From a virus: a stretch of DNA of 64,000 nucleotides. The stretch lies in IMG/VR virus record IMGVR_UViG_3300049202_000001, one strand, 5' to 3'. The notes below the pieces were generated by a model. It was not told the origin of the DNA and did not search any database. It saw only the letters and a program-made list of their open reading frames with translations. A program made the translations under genes and the position numbers. Shown piece by piece: positions 45,585 through 53,939 of this stretch; within the stretch, counting starts at the first letter, position 1; every line of letters begins with the position of its first letter.

Positions 45585-45865
45585 GCGTTTTCTGCGAACA
45601 TTTTATCCTGTAGCTGCGACATTACACGCAGCTCTAGCTGAGTGAAATCTGCATTAATTAGGCACTTAGCTACAGGATCACGAACACGTTCCATATTTTT
45701 CACCAATACGTTGGTAACGTAGTTCTGCATCATGTCTCGTTGACGTTTTTCGAAGGCATCCAGTTCTTCCAATTCCTTCTTACGTACTTCTACATCTGCG
45801 TCAATATGACGGAAAGCTGCTTCTTGACGTTGTTCGAAGGTGCCACGATTCTTTGCTTGGCCCAT
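45581..45865 (-). CDS. Hypothetical protein
   Basis: 94-aa charged ORF. Confidence 0.5.
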   Translation of the reverse strand: MGQAKNRGTFEQRQEAAFRHIDADVEVRKKELEELDAFEKRQRDMMQNYVTNVLVKNMERVRDPVAKCLINADFTQLELRVMSQLQDKMFAENA

Positions 45866-45940
45866 GTTTATCCCTCAACCATCAGCATAACCATGCTGAC
45901 AGCGAAAACGATTCCAATGAAATACCACATTATTTGCTCC

Positions 45941-46105
45941 TTACTTGGTAGACTGTTGCACATTTTTAACAACTTTCTCCAGTGCCGTAGCAGTGTAAGG
46001 TTGCTTAGTATCCATCAGGCTACCGCCCAGCGTCACAACGTCTGCTACCAGAGCCACAGGGGTTTCAACAACCAGACCTACAGCCGCTTTCAAAATTCCA
46101 AACAT
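45941..46105 (-). CDS. Small hydrophobic protein (54 aa, not in ORF track)
   Basis: ATG 46105 with RBS AAGGAGAAGAAAATG. MFGILKAAVGLVVETPVALVADVVTLGG... Confidence 0.45.
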   Translation of the reverse strand: MFGILKAAVGLVVETPVALVADVVTLGGSLMDTKQPYTATALEKVVKNVQQSTK

Positions 46106-46137
46106 TTTCTTCTCCTTTAGTTGTTACGACAAGTAGG

Positions 46138-46166
46138 ATAATAAACACTATCTACCTACTTGTCAA
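46138..46166 (-). promoter_or_regulatory. Sigma70-type promoter
   Basis: Minus strand: TTGACA, 17-nt spacer AGTAGGTAGATAGTGTT, TATTAT. Confidence 0.55.
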
Positions 46167-46173
46167 CACTTAT

Positions 46174-46320
46174 TTATGCTTGACTCTCGCCTTCAGCGTC
46201 ATCGAAGCCATCTTCCCATTCAGAGTGTTCTGGTGAACCCTCCTGATAAGGGTTCTCGTCACGTTCCCAACCTTCACGAAACGCCTTCTTACCCTCGTAA
46301 TACTCCTCTGCTACAAACAT
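46174..46320 (-). CDS. Small acidic protein (48 aa, not in ORF track)
   Basis: ATG 46320 with AAAGGAGGATTG RBS. MFVAEEYYEGKKAFREGWERDENPYQEGSPEHSEWEDGFDDAEGESQA. Confidence 0.5.
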   Translation of the reverse strand: MFVAEEYYEGKKAFREGWERDENPYQEGSPEHSEWEDGFDDAEGESQA

Positions 46321-46345
46321 CAATCCTCCTTTAATGTTGTTTTTG

Positions 46346-49300
46346 TCAATGGCACGTGGCCCAATTTGTCCCTAACATGTAACCAGCAGTAAGCTCCACC
46401 TTCAGCTTGTAGTACTTACCAGCGTCCGTTACTGCTTTCGTAGCAAGCTCACCAGCACGATTATAAGCCACGTAGAAGCATTTGTCAGTGTGTCCGATGT
46501 CAGACCATACCTTATCGGTTTGAGCCTCTTTAAACGCTGCTGCTGCCTTCTTAGCGGCCTTAGCTTCAGGGCTTAGTTCCATCTTACCTTCTTCGTTCAA
46601 CACTTCGTACGGGCCGTCGAACTTAAACATCTTGAACTGGACACTAGCCTTGCTCACTTCACACTGAGCTTCATCATGGTACGCAATTAGTTGCTGAGCA
46701 AAATGCTCCTTATCTTCAAGTTTAGCCTTCCAGTCATCACGGAAGAAGTCAACAGACAGCCCTTCTTCTTTCAGGTAGCGGTCATGCAACACCATAGCAC
46801 GTTTCGCACAGATAACGCCACAACTTTGGAAAGCAGTGTTAATTACGTTCCCCTTCGAACGAATCGGAAGTTTCCTTCCGTCGATTCCTAGCAGGAACTT
46901 CTTCCCGCCAGTGGACTCCCAATAAGCTTGCATCGCTTCCTTCAACTGCTTCAACGGGAAAGCCTTCTCCCAGAACGCGTTGAAAATAATTGTTGCTTCT
47001 TCAATGGTACAGCCAACCGTTTTCGCCACTCGGGCAATCTGCGCATTATATGAGCAGTTACCTGTGACAGTCAGAACGCCACCCTGCCGGATAACAAATG
47101 TGTCAAACCCTGTAGTCAAACAGAATACATCCACCTTACGTGTAGGTTTAAACTCTCCAGTCTGAAATCCAGTCCATCGAGTAGCTGAGCCACGAACTGT
47201 TTTGCACGTCTCACTTCCTCGTACAGTGACTTTCCGACCTGTCAACATCAAAGCTACGGCAATCGCGTCAGCAATATTGCCATCGTTCTGCCTTATCTCC
47301 ACAGCATTTTTCACCGTAGTACGACCGTCAGCTTTCCAACTAGCAGAGATGAACGCCTCCAAAGCCGGGTACGAGAGTTTAACAATCCAACTAACCCAAT
47401 CAATATCGTGCTTCGATACATTTAACGGCAGGCCACACCGAAACATGAGCGCCCTAAAGTCGTCAGAATTAATTCGAAATTCAGTCATCTCATTGTAGGT
47501 GTACTCCGTGAACTGGATACCTGCAAGCGCTAAATCCTGTTGAACGTCCTTATGGAATTTCTTTTGGGACTGTCCAATACTCGCCACAACGCCGTTAGCT
47601 TGTCCGAACGAATTCTGACGCGCAGAGTCTTTGCCCGACCACTTCCAATATCCATCAGTCAGCAGCCAACCAACAACAGCAGCATCAACAGCAGATACAT
47701 CGCTTCCTCCTTCGTGAAACTGTGCGGTGTTAAGGATAGACGAGTTGGTTTGCAAATCAAAGCCATACTCCATACATGGGAGATTGTGACTTTCATACCC
47801 AGTCTTCGCTACCCACCTATGGTCTTCGGTGCATTCTACGTTCCAGCGTCTGTTTCCTAGAAGGCCCACTTCAGCATCTTTGTAGAATTGCTTATCACTG
47901 ACCTTCGTCCATCCAAGTTGGTCATTTGCTGCATTGTAGCCCATAACAACATCACCCACGTATATGTCAGCTTGTCTCTTCCACCCTTTCGAAGTTAGAA
48001 CCTCTGTGTTGTCTACAGGAAGGCACCCGTACTTAACGTTCTTAGCCGTTCCACGAGGGAACGGCCTACCAAGCAGCTCCGAAATGTACGCAGCAAGTAC
48101 AGTGTGGCAGTCGTTTGGCTTCTCTGCCGTCAGCGATAGTCCATACTCGGGGCCGCCCGGATAACGGTAGGTATAGTGTGCCTCTACCTTGGCCTCCAGC
48201 GAATCGAAATCATAGCCCATCTGGTAGAAATACTCGTCCACCCCGAACAACTCTCGCATCTCACTCCCGTACATCGAAGTGACACGAGGGATGTTAGCCA
48301 CCAGTCGGTGTTTAAACCGGCTTGTAGCAGCTCCACAGGTATCTGCTGGAGTTGGGATACGTCCATCGACATCAATTCGCGGAACGCTCATCCAACCCTT
48401 CTGCATGTCCTCTTCATCGTCTGGGTCAATACCTCCGCCAAGAATACTGTTACGTCGGTGCTTGTACGTCAGATAGTGTGAAATCTCCTTTGCGTAAGGG
48501 AACTTCTCCGACAATTTTACTAATTCTGGATCTATTTCCTTTTCCATACCCACTGTCAGCGTAGGATTGGTGTACACCTTCAACGGTCGCTTCAGATGCT
48601 CATGTTCTAGCAGCTTACGTAGCACGTATTCCTTGCTGACACGGGGAGAGTATTCCATCTCTTCCAGCCTGTCAGTTTTGAACGGGCTATCGAAAGTTTG
48701 GTCAACCCACTTCGTCACAGCTTCGATGTACTTCTCACGGGTCAGCTTCTTCTTCTTGCTGTCAACCGTCAAATCACGTTCCTTGTACTGGCTAGGATTC
48801 CACCCCATCGAAACAAGCCATTGCTTGATGTGTAGCGTGTCATCCAGCTTAGCTGGTTCTTCGGTAACGATTGGCTCTGGCTCCATCGGCAGCGTGTACG
48901 TCTTCCCGTACATTTCTGCTGTCCACACACCATCCACTTCCTTGAACTCACCTCCATGCTTCTTAGCGAAGTTCAGAATGTGAACGATAGGTTCACCGTT
49001 CTTCTTAAACTGCTTAGAAGTAGGAGTCATATCTGCCAGTCGAGTTTTAGTCAAAGGCTTCAATGGGATAAGTGGTTCAACTTTCTCCCGTAGCTCTTCC
49101 ATCTTTGCATCCAAGAATCGGACGTTCTCTACAGCTTTCACCTTGTTGAAAGCGAAGCCACGATGTTCCTGACGTGTGATGATTTCAGCTACAGCTTTCT
49201 CAAGCTCGTATGCATCGTCCCAGTCCCAGTCGCCCCATTCGTTCTTCAGCCAGCGATACACACGCTTATTAACATGGCAGTCTCGCATCATGTAGATGCC

Positions 49301-49831
49301 CATCTCTGGGTGCCACACACGGAACTCTTGACCTTTAGGAGCATCCGGGAGGATCAGACCAAGTTCCGTAGCCTTAGCTCTCCAGTTGATCTTCTCCAGT
49401 CCGAGAATACTACCGAAATACTCAATGCTGTGCTGTGGACGGTCAGGGTTGAGCGTCTTCGACATAACAAGCGTATCAGTAATCTTTACCTCTTTCACCT
49501 TACCCTTGTACTCCACTGTATCAGGGATGCCTAGCTTGGCACAACCGATGGTGTAGTGCAGGCCCGTATCGAGTTTTTCAAGAAGATGATCGTACGAGAT
49601 TGTGTTGTGACCAATCAGTTCGTCCGCCTCTTCCATAATGAACTCTACGTGCTTGTGCTTCCTTGTATCCTCTGGGCCGAACAACCATTCGTCATCAGAG
49701 TTTAGATCAACAAACCCGGTGCAATGGACAAACTCCGGGTCTTTCAAGCGGTAAGGCGAAGCAAGGTAGTCAATCGATTCTGAGTTCAGGAGATTCTTTG
49801 CTTCCTTGTCCCAGATTAGTTGCTTTCCCAT
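46346..49831 (-). CDS. DNA polymerase, family A (T7-like), interrupted by an intein
   Basis: Motif A YDFDSLE, motif B RGTAKNVKYG/CSY split by the intein, motif C AYHDEAQ. N-terminal 3'-5' exonuclease region. Confidence 0.9.
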   Translation of the reverse strand: MGKQLIWDKEAKNLLNSESIDYLASPYRLKDPEFVHCTGFVDLNSDDEWLFGPEDTRKHKHVEFIMEEADELIGHNTISYDHLLEKLDTGLHYTIGCAKLGIPDTVEYKGKVKEVKITDTLVMSKTLNPDRPQHSIEYFGSILGLEKINWRAKATELGLILPDAPKGQEFRVWHPEMGIYMMRDCHVNKRVYRWLKNEWGDWDWDDAYELEKAVAEIITRQEHRGFAFNKVKAVENVRFLDAKMEELREKVEPLIPLKPLTKTRLADMTPTSKQFKKNGEPIVHILNFAKKHGGEFKEVDGVWTAEMYGKTYTLPMEPEPIVTEEPAKLDDTLHIKQWLVSMGWNPSQYKERDLTVDSKKKKLTREKYIEAVTKWVDQTFDSPFKTDRLEEMEYSPRVSKEYVLRKLLEHEHLKRPLKVYTNPTLTVGMEKEIDPELVKLSEKFPYAKEISHYLTYKHRRNSILGGGIDPDDEEDMQKGWMSVPRIDVDGRIPTPADTCGAATSRFKHRLVANIPRVTSMYGSEMRELFGVDEYFYQMGYDFDSLEAKVEAHYTYRYPGGPEYGLSLTAEKPNDCHTVLAAYISELLGRPFPRGTAKNVKYGCLPVDNTEVLTSKGWKRQADIYVGDVVMGYNAANDQLGWTKVSDKQFYKDAEVGLLGNRRWNVECTEDHRWVAKTGYESHNLPCMEYGFDLQTNSSILNTAQFHEGGSDVSAVDAAVVGWLLTDGYWKWSGKDSARQNSFGQANGVVASIGQSQKKFHKDVQQDLALAGIQFTEYTYNEMTEFRINSDDFRALMFRCGLPLNVSKHDIDWVSWIVKLSYPALEAFISASWKADGRTTVKNAVEIRQNDGNIADAIAVALMLTGRKVTVRGSETCKTVRGSATRWTGFQTGEFKPTRKVDVFCLTTGFDTFVIRQGGVLTVTGNCSYNAQIARVAKTVGCTIEEATIIFNAFWEKAFPLKQLKEAMQAYWESTGGKKFLLGIDGRKLPIRSKGNVINTAFQSCGVICAKRAMVLHDRYLKEEGLSVDFFRDDWKAKLEDKEHFAQQLIAYHDEAQCEVSKASVQFKMFKFDGPYEVLNEEGKMELSPEAKAAKKAAAAFKEAQTDKVWSDIGHTDKCFYVAYNRAGELATKAVTDAGKYYKLKVELTAGYMLGTNWATCH
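47057..48025 (-). mobile_element. Intein (323 aa) with LAGLIDADG homing endonuclease, in polymerase motif B
   Basis: Starts at Cys (CLPVDNTEVLT). Block B is TEDH. LAGLIDADG-like VVGWLLTDGYW and FISASWKADG. Ends ...LTVTGN followed by the +1 Cys (CSYNAQ). Confidence 0.8.
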
Positions 49832-49855
49832 GCCTTCTCCTTTTTATCATTCATT

Positions 49856-50044
49856 TTAGTATCCCAGAATTGCATATGTGTCGTCAGGGAATTCTGACTT
49901 CAACATGTTCTTGTTGTAGTTAGCCAGTTCAACAGAGGTAGTCTCCGCACGCTTGAGAAGCTTTCCGTTGTAGTCTCTAAGAGAGCAAGTACGCCAGTTG
50001 GTTCCTTCGCACTTACGCATTACCTTGTAAATTGTTTGTTTCAT
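49856..50044 (-). CDS. Hypothetical protein
   Basis: 62-aa ORF with an RBS. Confidence 0.5.
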   Translation of the reverse strand: MKQTIYKVMRKCEGTNWRTCSLRDYNGKLLKRAETTSVELANYNKNMLKSEFPDDTYAILGY

Positions 50045-50135
50045 GTTCTCTCCTTAAAACGGGAGGGTTGCTATGTCTTCGTCCGAATATCCTTCAGCCT
50101 TCCTCTCAGCAACCCATTCTTTATGGGTTTGAATT

Positions 50136-51884
50136 TTATGTGTTACCGAATTTGTCGAAGTAAAGAGGCCCACTGGGGCCGCTGGCATGGCGAAACCCGG
50201 AGCCATCAGCATAGTACGTGGTGGCCTCCCTTTCCTCGCTAGCTTTCCTACGTTCTCTTAGTTCTTGTGCATAGATTGCCATATCTGCATGGAGATCGTC
50301 GTATGGCACACCTTGACTTTTATTAACAGCCATGATTTCCCACGCCATCGGTGCATCGTCCGCAACATACCCGTCAGGACAGTCGCCTGCTAGGCTCCTC
50401 ATCATCGTCTTGAAGGCTCCACCGTTCTTGAAGTACTCCATGGCTTCACGCACCGAATCGTTAATCTCCAGCACGTTTTGAGCACGAGTGACTGCTACGT
50501 ACAGAAGGTTTTGTTCCATCTCTGCCAAACCAATCCACTCACCTCCATCGTAGTGGCTTGGGAAGTCATCTGCCAGAATCACTTGGTCATGCTCCCGGCC
50601 CTTAGCTTTGTGGCCTGTGGTGTACACGATACGTGCACTAGTGGGATTCTGATAGTTCTCCAGCGTACGAACAAACTTCCAGTAATCTCCTCCGTCGATG
50701 ATATTAACGATACGCTTCATCTCGCCTGTAACCTTCTGCGCTTCTTCCTTGTACTCTTCCCAAGTAGGGTAGGGCAGGATGTTCTCGTGCTTAACGTTTG
50801 GCATGTCCTTCTGCGAGAGAGCATAGGCCGACTGGAGCATACGGAGGAAGTCTTTCACATCGATTTCCAGACGGATGTCCTCACCCTTCGCAATAGCAGC
50901 TACAGCGGTGTACAGGAGGCCAGTGTTCGTACGGAACAGATACATGTGAGGCTTGGTTCGATCAACCGTTCCAGCTCCACCGATCTTCGACAGCATATCG
51001 TCTCGCCCTGTCAGGGTCATCTTCCCCATCAGCACAGCGGTAGCAACATCAGCTACACCTTGTCCGAATCGGAAACTCTTGGTCAGATACTCGCTGCGTC
51101 CTTCGATACGCTCCATTGCGTTGATAGCTCCACGCCATCCGTAGATAGCTTGACGACGATCACCTACCAGAATGATCTTTGCACCATTTCCGGCTTGAGT
51201 CATAACGATGTCCAGAACACATGGAGTAGAGTCTTGTGCCTCATCAAGGTAAATCACTTTATAGCCAAGGTCAGGCTTACTCAGTTGGAACTGTTTCAGG
51301 TACGTGTCGTGGCTGGCCATGACAGCACTAGAAGGATCAATACGATCATCCCACAGCTTACGAGCCAATCGTACGATGTATTCTCCTGCCTTCGGATCAG
51401 CACGAAGCGTCTTTTCCATGTCCATCTTTGGAAGATGCTTGTCACTGATTTTATCGTCAGCAGACTGCTCAAAACGTTCCACCGTCAGACGTACAAACAG
51501 ACCAACAGCATTTTCCGTGGACACGATGAAGCCCATGTCATCAATGATGCAGCCTACCTTGTAAAAGCGGGCAATCTCGGTGCCGGTGAAAGCAACGTTC
51601 TTGTAACCTCCCGTTGGTCGCTTCAGCTTGTCTTGCAGCCTACGGCCAAATTTAGCGTAGGCAATGCTGTGCGTTGTTTTACAAACTACATACGAAGGAA
51701 ACTTCTCCGCTGCGTCCGTGGCAGTTGCCTTATTGAAGGCCACGTACAGCGAAGGCTCTTTCACTACACCACTCACCAGTTTAAGCGTAGAAGTCTTGCC
51801 GGAGCCAGCTCCAGCTTCAATCTTAACGATGGCATACTTCACAGCAGCGGCCATGCACTTCTCTTGTTGTTCAGTTGGGGTCAA
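50136..51884 (-). CDS. UvrD/Rep-family SF1 DNA helicase
   Basis: Walker A AGAGSGKTS, motif II YLDEAQD, motif III VGDRRQAIYGWRGA. Confidence 0.85.
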   Translation of the reverse strand: MTPTEQQEKCMAAAVKYAIVKIEAGAGSGKTSTLKLVSGVVKEPSLYVAFNKATATDAAEKFPSYVVCKTTHSIAYAKFGRRLQDKLKRPTGGYKNVAFTGTEIARFYKVGCIIDDMGFIVSTENAVGLFVRLTVERFEQSADDKISDKHLPKMDMEKTLRADPKAGEYIVRLARKLWDDRIDPSSAVMASHDTYLKQFQLSKPDLGYKVIYLDEAQDSTPCVLDIVMTQAGNGAKIILVGDRRQAIYGWRGAINAMERIEGRSEYLTKSFRFGQGVADVATAVLMGKMTLTGRDDMLSKIGGAGTVDRTKPHMYLFRTNTGLLYTAVAAIAKGEDIRLEIDVKDFLRMLQSAYALSQKDMPNVKHENILPYPTWEEYKEEAQKVTGEMKRIVNIIDGGDYWKFVRTLENYQNPTSARIVYTTGHKAKGREHDQVILADDFPSHYDGGEWIGLAEMEQNLLYVAVTRAQNVLEINDSVREAMEYFKNGGAFKTMMRSLAGDCPDGYVADDAPMAWEIMAVNKSQGVPYDDLHADMAIYAQELRERRKASEEREATTYYADGSGFRHASGPSGPLYFDKFGNT

Positions 51885-51913
51885 TCTCTTCTCCTTGGGT
51901 CAGTTAAGACGCT

Positions 51914-51942
51914 ATCGTACACTACCTACGTAGCTATGTCAA
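51914..51942 (-). promoter_or_regulatory. Sigma70-type promoter
   Basis: Minus strand: TTGACA, 17-nt spacer ending GTAGGTAGTG, TACGAT. Confidence 0.6.
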
Positions 51943-51954
51943 TGCTCTCATAAA

Positions 51955-51978
51955 TAGAAAAAGCCGCCCGAAGGCGGC
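51955..51978 (-). terminator. Rho-independent terminator
   Basis: Minus strand: GCCGCC-TTCG-GGCGGC followed by TTTTT. Confidence 0.8.
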
Positions 51979-51984
51979 ATTCAC

Positions 51985-52083
51985 TTAGTTAGTATCAATA
52001 AGCAGACACATAAAGCCGATGACATACCAGTACCACGCTGCATCAAAATTAATGCAGACAAGCAATGCAAACAACGCTACCAT
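51985..52083 (-). CDS. Tiny membrane protein (32 aa)
   Basis: ATG 52083. MVALFALLVCINFDAAWYWYVIGFMCLLIDTN. The longer track ORF overlaps the HD gene. Confidence 0.35.
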   Translation of the reverse strand: MVALFALLVCINFDAAWYWYVIGFMCLLIDTN

Positions 52084-52084
52084 T

Positions 52085-52618
52085 TTAGTTTCCTTTCCCA
52101 GTAAGTTCGTAAAACCGTTGATTGTACTCCCATTCAGCATGTGCAGGCGACCACGGATCAATCTTGATCTTGTACGGCTGCACGCCACGCAGAATCTCCC
52201 ATTGTTGAGCCGCTGGAGGCATCAATTGAACCACTTCAGTAGCCAGCATACGAAGGTCTGCTTCTTTCGTTTCTGGGAGCATTGGAAAGGTAGTGCCAAA
52301 TCGCTCTGCAACGGCCTTCTCAACACGTTTCTCAATCACTTGATACTCAGGCAGCATCATCTTTAAAGGTGTTGCTACGTCTCCCATGAAAGCTTCAGAC
52401 GTATCGTGCAACAAGAACTCCAATGCCATTTTTGGGTCTTTGAATTGCAAGCTTCCAAGCACACAATGTTGTGCTACCGAGTACGGGAAACTGGTGTGTC
52501 CTGTGTAACGATTGATACGGCTCAAGGCCAACGCAACATCTTCAATCGTGAACTCCGATGTTTCCGGCGACATGAAGTTGAAGTATTTGCCGCTGTACAT
52601 CATAATCTCTGGTGCCAT
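52085..52618 (-). CDS. HD-domain phosphohydrolase (5'-deoxynucleotidase/dNTPase-like)
   Basis: H...HD...D pattern: SVAQHCVL, LLHDTSEAFMGDV. Confidence 0.7.
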   Translation of the reverse strand: MAPEIMMYSGKYFNFMSPETSEFTIEDVALALSRINRYTGHTSFPYSVAQHCVLGSLQFKDPKMALEFLLHDTSEAFMGDVATPLKMMLPEYQVIEKRVEKAVAERFGTTFPMLPETKEADLRMLATEVVQLMPPAAQQWEILRGVQPYKIKIDPWSPAHAEWEYNQRFYELTGKGN

Positions 52619-53880
52619 TATTTCGTCTCCATCGTATAGTGTTTAGGGTTCTTACCTTCGTGTAGCTCATTTAGGTGCTTCACAATGCTACTCAAAGCTT
52701 CACGTTCTTTCAGATACCCCGATTGCTTGCACCGATCATCAATCAGCGTTCCAGCAGCACGTGCTTCAAGAATAATAGCAACGTTAGCCAGTACACCTCC
52801 CAAGTTAGGAACTCCGTCTTTGGGATCAAATTCTTCACCAGCAACCCATGCAGCCAAATGACGCATTGCTCCGTCAATGTAGATGGACGCTTCCACAGGC
52901 GTATTGGCGTAGTTAGCCTTGCCATACTTCCCTGCCCCGTTGTAGAAGGCCAGAGCACCATAAGCGCTACCCAAGCTGCTCCACATACTCAAAGGAATGC
53001 TCTGAACGCCAAACTGTTTCTTAGGATTGGTGTCCAGTTGAATTACATTGTTATCGTTACGTTGAGTTTCGAAATCATGCACAGGCACAGCTACGTCCTT
53101 GCCCAAGTCCCATGCCACGTCTTGCACCATATCTTCCATCGAAACGACAGATGTTTTCGCTGGCTTTTCTGGCTGCAACGTGTATGCCACAACTTGATAC
53201 TCTTCGTCCACGGCTACGCCGTCTGGAGAGTGAGTGCCAAATGTGACAATATCATCGGCTTCCCGCGTCGAGCCGCCTCGGAGCCTTACCCGTGCGGCAT
53301 TAGTAGGTGCAGGGTCTTTAGCAGGATCATGGGCAATCCAACCATCCTTAGATTTCTTGTGTCCTACAACCTTGTAGCTGACGATATCTCCAGCTTCTCC
53401 GGTGTCAGTCCATCGCAAGTGTCGTGCTTCTCCTTGCGCTTTTCGTCCCGTAGCCATTTTGTAGGCTACAACAGCATCTCCACGTACAGGGCAACCAATG
53501 AAACTGTTAGGCGTAGCCGTCTTATCCCATTTACGGGCCTTAGCACGTTTCTTTTGTGCTTTGCTCTCTTCACGCTTGATCTTACGTACTGTTTCAGCGG
53601 CTTCTAGCACGTAGTTACGAGATACTTCAGTGTAGTCGTCGTAGCCGAAGTCCTCTGGAACGATATCAAAACCTTCCGCGTAAGAAATTTCACAGTTCCC
53701 GTTTACGCGAAGATAGGCTGCATCGGTGAGTCCTCGTACTTGACGCTTACCTTCGTCTTGGTAAGCCCATCGGAAGCCCATCTTAAAGAATGCTTTCTCG
53801 ATGTCCGTAGTATCCTCTCCCGCAACACGGATGAAGCTGTTCTTGAACTGACTGGTAATCTTATTAGTTGCTACGCTCAT
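52618..53880 (-). CDS. Two-part protein; C-terminal domain resembles MazZ-type dATP/dGTP diphosphohydrolase N-terminal family
   Basis: C-terminal GAGKYGKANY...AMRHLAAWVAGEEFDPKDGVPNLGGVLAN recalls the GxKYGxxNW...RHL...GExxDxESGxxHL signature. The N-terminal 300 aa are unassigned. Confidence 0.4.
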   Translation of the reverse strand: MSVATNKITSQFKNSFIRVAGEDTTDIEKAFFKMGFRWAYQDEGKRQVRGLTDAAYLRVNGNCEISYAEGFDIVPEDFGYDDYTEVSRNYVLEAAETVRKIKREESKAQKKRAKARKWDKTATPNSFIGCPVRGDAVVAYKMATGRKAQGEARHLRWTDTGEAGDIVSYKVVGHKKSKDGWIAHDPAKDPAPTNAARVRLRGGSTREADDIVTFGTHSPDGVAVDEEYQVVAYTLQPEKPAKTSVVSMEDMVQDVAWDLGKDVAVPVHDFETQRNDNNVIQLDTNPKKQFGVQSIPLSMWSSLGSAYGALAFYNGAGKYGKANYANTPVEASIYIDGAMRHLAAWVAGEEFDPKDGVPNLGGVLANVAIILEARAAGTLIDDRCKQSGYLKEREALSSIVKHLNELHEGKNPKHYTMETK

Positions 53881-53910
53881 ATTTTCTCCTTGAGTTAGTT
53901 ATAAGGAGGT

Positions 53911-53939
53911 AGCTTACACTACCTACCTAAGTTTGTCAA
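53911..53939 (-). promoter_or_regulatory. Sigma70-type promoter
   Basis: Minus strand: TTGACA, 17-nt spacer ending TAGGTAGGTAGTG, TAAGCT. Confidence 0.55.

Noticed and set aside
45868-45930. A 20-codon hydrophobic micro-ORF (MWYFIGIVFAVSMVMLMVEG) with an AAGGAGCAAATAATG RBS, overlapping the next start.
   Set aside because: It is too short to support from sequence alone. It may be a real micro-protein or simply a translational coupling device. Not listed as a feature.
50478-51953. A 491-aa ORF on the + strand. Similar long ORFs occur at 54470-55702 (+), 41123-42181 (+), 52675-53607 (+), 25540-26550 (+), 44660-45613 (+), 27010-27642 (+) and 61397-62251 (-).
   Set aside because: All lie exactly antisense to ORFs with clear enzyme motifs (helicase, primase-helicase, SSB, vWA, SPFH and others). 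They have no RBS and give low-complexity Leu/Ser/Val/Cys-rich translations. They are most simply explained by avoidance of TTA/CTA/TCA codons in the sense genes, which removes stops from the antisense frame.
52085-53880. HD hydrolase plus MazZ-like domain as evidence for a 2-aminoadenine (Z-genome) pathway.
   Set aside because: No PurZ/PurA-like ORF (GDxGKG P-loop, about 340-400 aa) exists anywhere in the window. The HD + MazG combination alone is common pool sanitation. It is kept only as a lower-confidence 'check for DNA modification' finding.
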